Positions 56,975 through 64,000 of a stretch of DNA of 64,000 bases are shown here, piece after piece. The first letter of the stretch is position 1. The number at the start of each line of letters is the position of its first letter. The DNA comes from an uncultured Acidimicrobiaceae bacterium (GTDB taxonomy: Bacteria; Actinomycetota; Acidimicrobiia; Spongiisociales; SHLN01). Location: contig CAMYMH010000001.1 of assembly GCA_947259275.1 (NCBI GenBank), forward strand, positions 108,287-172,286. The letters run 5' to 3'. A program made the position numbers and the translations under genes. Below the pieces are notes generated by a model. That model saw only the letters and a program-made list of their open reading frames with translations. It was not told the DNA's origin and ran no database searches.

Positions 56975-58756
56975 ATGGTTCAGATGCGAGGCAGTGATCT
57001 GGTTGTCGAGTACCTCGTCCGCGAGAAGGTCCCGTACCTATTTGGATACGCGGGGCATGGCGCGGTCGGGCTGCTGGATGGCGTATACGATCGACAGGAC
57101 GAGATCAAAGTAATCTTCCCCCGGATTGAGACCGGCGCCGGATACATGGCAGACGCTTACTTCCGAGCGTCCGGTCAGGTGATTCCGGTGTACACCTCAA
57201 CCGGCCCGGGTCCGATGCTCCTAACTACTGCGATGGCGAACGCGTTCTACGACTCGTCGTCGTTCATCGCCATCACCGGCCAGGTCGCCACCAACCAGTA
57301 TGACTCCGGCGCCCTGCAGGAGGAGTACCGGCATTATCAGGCCGACTTTCCCAGCCTCGCCAGGCAAATCTCCAAGCGCAGCTTTCAGGCACAAACCGTT
57401 TCCGACCTGGCCAAGATGCTCCCCAAGGCTTTCAAGCTGGCACGGGAAGGAAGGCCGGGACCGGTTCACATCGACGTTCCCTACGACCTGTGGATCGTGG
57501 AGGAAGACATCGAGATTCCCGAGCCGGCTAATCGTTCGGAGATGCTCAACTGGCGCACTCCCGGCAACGCCGAGGCCGTCGAGGCGGCGCTCGACTTGCT
57601 CATGGGGGCCAAGCGCCCGCTGATCCTGGCAGGCGGTGGTGTCATCGGCGCCGACGCCTCCCCCCAGCTGGAGGCGTTCGCCGAGCACGTCGGTGTCCCG
57701 GTGTACACGACGTTCATGGGCAAGGGCGTCATCTCGGCCGAGCATCCGCTCCACCTGGGGATAGCGGGCTGCTGGGGTGAGTACCCGGCGCAGGAGGCGA
57801 CCCGCAACGCGGACGTCATCCTGGCCATCGGCTGCCGGTTCTCTGACGTGCACTCGTCCTCGTGGGTACCCGGATACACCTACAACATTCCGCCTACCAA
57901 GCTGGTCCACATCGATATCGACCCGACCGAGATCGGCCGTAACTATCCGACCGAGATCGGCATCGTCGCCGACGCCCGCGAGGCACTCAAGCAGCTGCTC
58001 GAGATGGCCGAGCGCAAGGGAGTCAGCCACGACGGAGCCGATTGGCTGGCGCAGATCGAGGGCTACCGGAGCGAGTGGTCCAACTTCATCGAGCCGGAGA
58101 AGGCATCCGACGCGGTGCCGATCGAGCCGCAGCGGGTGATTGGCGAGCTGCGGGGGGCAGCGCCGCGTGACACCTTGATGATTACAGACACCGGCAACCA
58201 TCAATGCTGGGTCGAGCAGTACTGGAGCTCGTACGGGCCCCGCCAGATGTTCACGCCCGGCGGGTTCGCCAGCATGGGCTTCGGAACCTACGGCTCACTG
58301 GGCGTCAAGCTGGCCCGGCCGAACAATCCGGTCGTGTGTGTCACCAGTGACGGGAGCTTCATGATGATGCCCGGGGCAATCGCCACGGCGGTCGAACATG
58401 ACATCCCGGTGGTGTGGGTGCTCTTGAACAACTACACGATCGGGGTCATCCGCGACCTGCAGCGGTTCTACATGGACGGACGAGAGGTCGGAACCAGCTT
58501 CATGAAGCACTCGACCGGAGAGCTGTGGAACCCCGACTTCGTGGGCATGGCGGAAGCCATGGGCGCCTCCGGTGTGACGGTTGACAATCCGGCCGATCTC
58601 GGCTCGGCGTTTGAGACGGCGTTGAGTGCCAACAAGCCGTTCCTCGTCGACGTGCGGATCAATCGCGACTCACCCGTCCCGATCGTCGGAACGTGGCAGT
58701 TCCCGCCGATCACGCAGGTTGAGCCGACGTTCGGTGAGAGTCTGGTCATATCCTGA
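56975..58756 (+). CDS. Thiamine-pyrophosphate-dependent enzyme (ALS/IolD/benzoylformate decarboxylase-like family)
   Basis: …FGYAGHGAVGLLDG… and a C-terminal GDGSFMM…NN TPP motif. Confidence 0.8.
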   Translation: MVQMRGSDLVVEYLVREKVPYLFGYAGHGAVGLLDGVYDRQDEIKVIFPRIETGAGYMADAYFRASGQVIPVYTSTGPGPMLLTTAMANAFYDSSSFIAITGQVATNQYDSGALQEEYRHYQADFPSLARQISKRSFQAQTVSDLAKMLPKAFKLAREGRPGPVHIDVPYDLWIVEEDIEIPEPANRSEMLNWRTPGNAEAVEAALDLLMGAKRPLILAGGGVIGADASPQLEAFAEHVGVPVYTTFMGKGVISAEHPLHLGIAGCWGEYPAQEATRNADVILAIGCRFSDVHSSSWVPGYTYNIPPTKLVHIDIDPTEIGRNYPTEIGIVADAREALKQLLEMAERKGVSHDGADWLAQIEGYRSEWSNFIEPEKASDAVPIEPQRVIGELRGAAPRDTLMITDTGNHQCWVEQYWSSYGPRQMFTPGGFASMGFGTYGSLGVKLARPNNPVVCVTSDGSFMMMPGAIATAVEHDIPVVWVLLNNYTIGVIRDLQRFYMDGREVGTSFMKHSTGELWNPDFVGMAEAMGASGVTVDNPADLGSAFETALSANKPFLVDVRINRDSPVPIVGTWQFPPITQVEPTFGESLVIS

Positions 58757-58771
58757 CGGGATCGTGATCCT

Positions 58772-58796
58772 GGGCCCGGGCCGCCAGCCCGGGCCC
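58772..58796 (+). terminator. Putative intrinsic terminator hairpin
   Basis: GGGCCCGGGC-cgcca-GCCCGGGCCC perfect 10-bp stem, 16 nt after the stop. Confidence 0.4.
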
Positions 58797-58887
58797 ATGG
58801 CGCGGTGGGCGGATCCCTGGCGCGACCGCTCATCGTGACCCAGCCGGGCTATCCTCTGGCCTCGCCGGCGTCATCGCCGTCCGCAGC

Positions 58888-59940
58888 ATGCAAGTCTTCC
58901 CGTTTACGGCCATCGTCGATCAGGGCAACCTCAAGCAGGCCCTGCTGCTTAACGCCGTGAACCCTGCCATCGGGGGCCTGCTGATCAAAGGACCAAGCGG
59001 TACGGCCAAGTCGACCGCCGTGCGCGGCCTGGCCGAGTTGCTACCTGAGATCGAGGTGGTGGCCGACTGCCCCTTCGGTTGTGCGCCGCGGCAACCGTGC
59101 CGGTCATGCCGAGCCCGGGAGGACGCCGGCGAGACGCTGCAGGCGGTGACCCGCCGCCGGCGGGTAGTCAACCTGCCGCTGAACGCGACAGAGGATCGGA
59201 TCTCAGGGACGATCGACCTGACCCGGGCGCTTCGAGACGGCGAGAAGGCCCTCGAACCGGGATTGCTGGCAGAGGCCAACCGGGGAGTCCTCTATATCGA
59301 CGAGATCAACTTGCTGGACGACCACCTGGTCGACGTCCTGCTGGACGCGGCCGCGCTTGGGGTCAACGTCGTCGAAAGAGAGGGTGTTTCGGTGTCACAC
59401 CCGGCCCGGTTCTTGCTGGTGGGCACGATGAATGAGGAAGAGGGCGAGCTGCGGCCACAAATCGCCGACCGTCTCGGGCTGACCATCTCGGCCGCACCTC
59501 TCGACCAGTCGGAGCTGCGGGTCGAGATCATGCGCCGTCGTGAGCGCTTTACCAGCGATCCGAACGCCATGACCGAGGAATGGGCGCCGGCCCAGGCGGC
59601 CCTGGCCGAAGACGTCCGTCGGGCCGCCGAGCTGCTGAGCAAGGTCCGGGTTCCCGACTCCCTCTACACCGCGATCGCCAAGCTCGGCCGCCGGGTCGGG
59701 GTGGGGAGCCACCGGGGCGACATCGCAGTGCTGGAAGGAGCCAAGGCGATTGCCGCCATGGAGGGGCGCACCGAAGTCACCATCGAGGATGTCGTCGCCG
59801 GCGGGGCGCTGGCGCTCAACCATCGCGTCGAGGCCGATCCCTTCGAGACGGTCCGCCAGCTCAATGCCGTCGAGGTGCGCCGGGCACTGGAAGCCATCCT
59901 GGCGGACGAGCCAAAAAAAAAAGCGGTGAAGGGCGGCTAG
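58888..59940 (+). CDS. ChlI/BchI-family AAA+ ATPase (Mg-chelatase subunit I-like) with Cys-rich insertion; zero-frame product ends 6 codons after an A10 run
   Basis: Walker [10 protein letters not shown]. Closely ChlI-like throughout (…[16 protein letters not shown]…[69 protein letters not shown]…). C-terminus …[12 protein letters not shown]. Confidence 0.8.
   Translation: MQVFPFTAIVDQGNLKQALLLNAVNPAIGGLLIKGPSGTAKSTAVRGLAELLPEIEVVADCPFGCAPRQPCRSCRAREDAGETLQAVTRRRRVVNLPLNATEDRISGTIDLTRALRDGEKALEPGLLAEANRGVLYIDEINLLDDHLVDVLLDAAALGVNVVEREGVSVSHPARFLLVGTMNEEEGELRPQIADRLGLTISAAPLDQSELRVEIMRRRERFTSDPNAMTEEWAPAQAALAEDVRRAAELLSKVRVPDSLYTAIAKLGRRVGVGSHRGDIAVLEGAKAIAAMEGRTEVTIEDVVAGGALALNHRVEADPFETVRQLNAVEVRRALEAILADEPKKKAVKGG
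59913..59922 (+). other. A10 homopolymer containing the A_AAA_AAA slippery heptamer: candidate programmed -1 ribosomal frameshift / transcriptional-slippage site (or homopolymer sequencing error)
   Basis: ChlI frame reads CCA AAA AAA AAA GCG. The -1 frame downstream is open from here to 60821 and encodes ChlD-like sequence. Confidence 0.5.
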
Positions 59941-60821
59941 CCGAATCGACGGTCGACCTGTCCGAAGTCAACCTCACCATCGAGCGGCTCGAGGTGGACG
60001 CGGAAACAGCTTTCCAACACACGCCGCCGCGCGAGCTCGAACTGGGCGGCCTCGGCAAACGAGCGGCCTCGCTGGTCAGTCGCAGGCGGGGCAAGTACTC
60101 GCGCCACCGCCTGGCGCGGCGGGGTGACACCGACGTCGCCATCGACGGCACCCTGCGGGCGGCGGCAGTCCGATCAGGCGCCCGGCAAACCACCGGCACG
60201 CTCCGACCCCTCCTCGAAGATCTCCGCCGCAAGGTCAGAAGCCATCGGTCCCCACTGGCGGTGGTCTTCATCGTCGACAACAGCTACTCGCTGCACGCCG
60301 ATCGGATGGTCGAGAAGGTCAAGGGCCTGGCGCTCGGGCTGCTGGAGGACGCTACTCACCGGGGCGACCGTGTGGCCTTGGTTGCCTTCAAGGGCGGCAC
60401 CCGGCGGGCCACGGTCGTGCTTCCGCTCACCCGCAGCCGCCGGCTGGCGCAACAAAGGCTGGCCGAGATCCCGCTCGCGAGCGTCACCCCGCTGGCCGAT
60501 GCACTGGTGCGGGCTCGGCGGATTCTGCGCCAGGAGAGGGTCAAGAATCAGAACGCGGTGCCGGCCGTCGTCCTGGTTTCCGACTGCCTGCCGACTGCGC
60601 CTCGCCGGCGGGGAGGCGACCCCATGACCGAGACCATGGAGCAGGCCCGGCGACTGAGACTGGAACAGGTCGTAACAATCGTGGTGGACACCCACCAGCC
60701 CGGGGCGACCGACCGCGGCTGTGGGCCTGAGCTGGCCAGGGTGGCCGGCGGGTCGTGCATCCCTTTCGCCACCCTCGCCCCCGGGTCGCTCGAGCCCTTG
60801 CCGGGGGTGCCGGCGCCCTAG
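59923..60821 (+). CDS. ChlD/BchD-like C-terminal half (pre-VWA 'IDGTLRAAA' region + VWA/MIDAS domain), in the -1 frame relative to the ChlI-like gene and lacking an obvious start of its own
   Basis: …[15 protein letters not shown]…[13 protein letters not shown] (MIDAS DxSxS)…VALVAFKGG…TPLADAL… Contiguous with the ChlI-like ORF if one nt is added at the A10 run. Confidence 0.6.
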
Positions 60822-62065
60822 TCGGCTACCGGCAGCACCTCGCGTCCCCGGCCCTGCTGGATAAGCGGCAGGTAGTTGTCGACCTCATCCACGGTTGCCG
60901 GGTCGGTCAGATCGACCGTGATGCCGCGCTCGGCCGACATGTAAGCCGCCATCGTCAATCTCACGATCTGGAACCCATAGGACCAATCGAGCATCGGCGG
61001 CCTGCCCGTCGTGAGTGCGTCGACCAGATCGCGAGTTTCGCTGACATACCCGTAGAGGTCCGGTTCATTGGGCTGGACGGCCAGCAAGCCCTGGCTGGCC
61101 GTTGCCTTCTCCAGGGCGAGCTCGGCGTCTTCCACACCGGCGGCGGCCACGCCACCGATGAAAATCTCGAGCGGTGACCGCAACGAGTTGAGCTCGACCG
61201 CGTAGCCCGGTCCCAAGCCGTCGATGAGCAGGCGGAGCCCCTGCTTGTCGTACATCCAGGAGACCGTGAACTGGGCCTTGCTTATCCGATCCGTCTCGGG
61301 ATCCCGGTAGGTGACGATTCCGGTGGCGAAGTCCTCGGCCGGCGTCTCGCCGTAGTCGACTCCGTACTGGTCGAGCAGTTCCCGGCGCCAGCGCGACTGC
61401 CCCCACTTGAGCAAGCCGACCTCGGCATTGACGCTCACCGGAACCAGGTAGTCAACCGGCCGCCCCGGCGGGGTGAGCAGGTACCACCCGACCGCGATGG
61501 AGTGGCATCCCATGTCGGAGAGAACGCCGCCGCCCTGTTGTTGCGGATCCCAGAACCAGGCGTTGTGGGGCCCGGCGTGCTCCTCCGCCGCCCGGGCGAG
61601 TCCAAGCGGTCCCATCGCCTCGGTGATACCGGCCAGCTGGAGGCGGGCCGCCTGCATGGCAGGCAGGTGCAGCTGGTTTTCGAAGAAGGCGGTGGGAACG
61701 CCCACCTCTTCGGCCAGTTCGATCATTCTCCGGGCCTCTGCCAGATTCCTGGCCAACGGTTTCTCGCAAACGACGGCCTTCAGCTGCGCCCCGTCGGACA
61801 CGGCCCGGGCCACGGCCTCCATGGTGGGCACCCGGGTGAAATTGGGCGCGAACAGGGCGACAACGTCCACATTGGCGGCCAGCTCCTCCACGCTGTCGTA
61901 GACGACTCCGGCGCCCAATCCCCGCTTGCGAACCTCGTTTGCCAGCTCGGTCGGCGGGGTGCGCGATGTGACGCCGGCCACCTCGACTCCGCGGACCGAC
62001 TCGAGGGCCCGAAGGTGAAATCCCGCTACGAAGCCGCTTCCAACTATTCCGTACCGAATCGTCAT
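60818..62065 (-). CDS. Gfo/Idh/MocA-family NAD(P)-dependent oxidoreductase
   Basis: N-terminal Rossmann MTIRYGIVGSGFVAGFHLRAL… and an EKP motif (CEKPLA). Confidence 0.85.
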   Translation of the reverse strand: MTIRYGIVGSGFVAGFHLRALESVRGVEVAGVTSRTPPTELANEVRKRGLGAGVVYDSVEELAANVDVVALFAPNFTRVPTMEAVARAVSDGAQLKAVVCEKPLARNLAEARRMIELAEEVGVPTAFFENQLHLPAMQAARLQLAGITEAMGPLGLARAAEEHAGPHNAWFWDPQQQGGGVLSDMGCHSIAVGWYLLTPPGRPVDYLVPVSVNAEVGLLKWGQSRWRRELLDQYGVDYGETPAEDFATGIVTYRDPETDRISKAQFTVSWMYDKQGLRLLIDGLGPGYAVELNSLRSPLEIFIGGVAAAGVEDAELALEKATASQGLLAVQPNEPDLYGYVSETRDLVDALTTGRPPMLDWSYGFQIVRLTMAAYMSAERGITVDLTDPATVDEVDNYLPLIQQGRGREVLPVAD

Positions 62066-62247
62066 TCCTTACCTCTCTCGGCGACCGGCTCATTCAAACA
62101 GTGCCCGGGCGTGTTTGCCCAGACGGGGCTGCCCTGGTCCCGGCGAACCACCGTGGGAGAGACTCAGGCGTAGCAACTGGGGATTGGGGCCAAAGGGAGG
62201 CTTCGATATGGTGAGGCGAATCAGCCCCCGGCATTCGAAAGGCGGAT

Positions 62248-62943
62248 GTGAACATGCCTCATGACTTCCAGATGCCGTCCGCCTACGTGGAACGGGTGAC
62301 GGCGCGTCAGGGACGGCCTCACACCTGCGAGGTCCTCGACGGGCCGACCACCGCCCTGGTGGTCGTCGACATGCAGAAGTACTTCATGGTCGAGCCGTTC
62401 GCCGGGGCCTGCCCAATTGCCAGGACCGTCGTGCCAAACGTGAACCGCCTGGCGACGGCCGTCCGCGCCGCCGGTGGCCGCGTGGTTTGGCTGCAGATGG
62501 CCGCACCCTGGGAGACGGAGACGACTTGGTCGGCGGTCCGCCAGCTGTACACCGAGGGTGCCGCCCGCGCCCGGTGGGGGTCCATGCAGCCCGAGGCGGA
62601 GGGCTTCGAACTGTGGCCGGATCTCGACGTCCAGGCCGAAGATCAGCGGGTGGTCAAGGAGAGATACTCGGCGTTCATTACGGGCTCTTCCGATATCGAG
62701 CCTGTTCTTGATGGTATCGAGACCCTCCTCATCGCCGGGGTTGCCACCAATGTTTGCTGCGAATCGACCGCCCGCGACGCCATGATGCTGAACTACCGGG
62801 TGGTGATGGTGTCCGACGCCAGCGCGGCCGCCACCGATGCCGAGCATGCCGCCTCGCTTGGCAACTTCTATCTTTTCTTCGGAGACGTCCAAACCACGTC
62901 CCAGCTGCTCGACCGCCTGGCGGTGGGAGTCGAAGGGCAGTAG
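62248..62943 (+). CDS. Isochorismatase-family cysteine hydrolase
   Basis: …ALVVVDMQKYF… …LLIAGVATNVCCESTARDA… with the catalytic Cys. Confidence 0.8.
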   Translation: MNMPHDFQMPSAYVERVTARQGRPHTCEVLDGPTTALVVVDMQKYFMVEPFAGACPIARTVVPNVNRLATAVRAAGGRVVWLQMAAPWETETTWSAVRQLYTEGAARARWGSMQPEAEGFELWPDLDVQAEDQRVVKERYSAFITGSSDIEPVLDGIETLLIAGVATNVCCESTARDAMMLNYRVVMVSDASAAATDAEHAASLGNFYLFFGDVQTTSQLLDRLAVGVEGQ

Positions 62944-63034
62944 CCGGCACCTCTGGCAGGTGGGAGCCGCCCGATTGCCGGCCCCGGTCGAGGTCGCCTC
63001 GGGGAGCCGCCGGTGCAATCAATACACTTGATAG

Positions 63035-64000
63035 ATGGCCTCACAGCTCACCAACGGCCGCCGCCGAGAGCTCCACTACTGGATGCGCCTGACGCGTACG
63101 CTTGACGATCGGATCATCAAGCTGTGGCAGCAAGGACGCGGGGTGGGCGCCACCTTCAATCAGCGAGGCCATGAGGCCATCAGTGTCGGGGCGGGAGCGG
63201 CGCTCGGACCTAGCGACGTTGTTGCTCCCATGCACCGTGACCTGGGGTGCTACTTGTTGCGGGGTATGACGCCGGAGCGACTCCTTGCCAACCAGCTGGG
63301 CCGGGCCACGTCGGTCACTCGCGGTCGCGACGGGAACCTGCACGGCTGCGGCGACCTCGACTTGAACATCATCGGCTTCATCAGCCATCTCCCTCACTCG
63401 TTGCCGGTGACGGTGGGAGCCGCTATGTCCTTCACCTACCGCAACGAACCGCGCGTGGCGATGACTTTCGTCGGAGATGGCTCCTCCAACACCGGCCTCT
63501 TTCACGAATCGCTCAATCTGGCGGCCGTGCACAACGCGCCCTTCGTGCTCATCGTCGAGAACAACCAGTATGCGTACTCCACCCCATTGTCCCAGCAGAT
63601 GGTGATCGACGATATTGCCGTGCGCGGCCGGGCCCACGGCGTTCGCGCCGAGATCGTCGACGGCAACGATCTCGAGGCCGTCTACGAGGTGACGTACGAC
63701 GCGGTGGAGCGAGCCCGTTCTGGTGGCGGACCGACCATGATCGAATGCAAGACGATGCGCATGCTCGGCCATGCCATTCACGACGGAGCCGGGTACGTGC
63801 CACCCGACCTGTTGGCCGACTGGGCGAAGCGTGATCCCATTGACCGCTTTGAGGCAACGTTGCTCGCGGGCGGATTGGCCACCCAAGAGGAGCTGGACCA
63901 GGTCGCCGACCGATGCCGGCGGGAGGTGGCGGCGGCAGTCGAGTATGCCGAGGGGTCCGAATGGCCCGATCCGGCGACCATCCTCGACGGGGTCTACGCC
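63035..64000 (+). CDS. TPP-dependent 2-oxo-acid dehydrogenase E1 α subunit (second paralog), running to the window end with no stop seen. Not in the supplied ORF table
   Basis: My own translation from ATG 63035: MASQLTNGRRRELHYWMRLTRTLDDRIIKLWQQGRGVG…FVGDGSSNTGLFHESLNLAAVHNAPFVLIVENNQYAYSTP…GNDLEAVYEV… This is canonical E1α. The listed 63041..63886(-) ORF is its antisense shadow. Confidence 0.75.
   Translation, partial: MASQLTNGRRRELHYWMRLTRTLDDRIIKLWQQGRGVGATFNQRGHEAISVGAGAALGPSDVVAPMHRDLGCYLLRGMTPERLLANQLGRATSVTRGRDGNLHGCGDLDLNIIGFISHLPHSLPVTVGAAMSFTYRNEPRVAMTFVGDGSSNTGLFHESLNLAAVHNAPFVLIVENNQYAYSTPLSQQMVIDDIAVRGRAHGVRAEIVDGNDLEAVYEVTYDAVERARSGGGPTMIECKTMRMLGHAIHDGAGYVPPDLLADWAKRDPIDRFEATLLAGGLATQEELDQVADRCRREVAAAVEYAEGSEWPDPATILDGVYA

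Noticed and set aside
59580-59922. N-terminal 114 codons of ORF 59580..60821 as an independent VWA gene start
   Set aside because: That stretch is the alternate frame of the ChlI-like coding sequence (translation Arg/Gly/Pro-rich, no homology). Homology to ChlD begins only after the A10 run.

Overview
High-GC (~68-70%) chromosomal segment, most likely from an actinobacterium. Genes are tightly packed and many start/stop codons overlap (GTGA/ATGA/TGATG junctions). I found no rRNA, tRNA, CRISPR array, transposase or regulator gene. The window reads as a mosaic of catabolic and cofactor clusters, in order: (1) a 1308-aa LPXTG cell-wall-anchored protein with about ten ~100-aa tandem repeats. (2) mltG. 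(3) An OsmC-like gene whose peroxidatic Cys codon is an in-frame TGA (selenocysteine candidate or nonsense). (4) An acoX-acoABC-like acetoin/2-oxo-acid dehydrogenase operon. (5) A Tm-1-like pair. (6) A four-subunit xanthine-dehydrogenase-family enzyme with a split MoCo subunit (nicotinate-dehydrogenase-like NdhFSLM order), plus cupin/SDR/FAH genes. (7) A Liv-type ABC transporter. (8) A complete nickel-pincer-nucleotide cofactor cluster: a larA homolog, a small CxxC DUF1858 gene, then larE, larB and larC. (9) A second xanthine-dehydrogenase-family enzyme translationally coupled to a CoA ligase and an enoyl-CoA hydratase (2-furoyl-CoA dehydrogenase hmfABCDE-like architecture). (10) A B12-dependent diol/glycerol dehydratase whose large and medium subunits are fused. 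(11) A run of aldehyde/alcohol dehydrogenases, TPP enzymes and FAH genes. (12) A ChlI-like AAA+ gene that stops six codons after an A10 homopolymer (the dnaX-type slippery heptamer A_AAA_AAA); a -1 shift there reads straight into a ChlD-like VWA domain. I rate item 12 the most interesting signal in the window. All functional calls come from reading the translated ORFs against remembered family motifs; I ran no database search.
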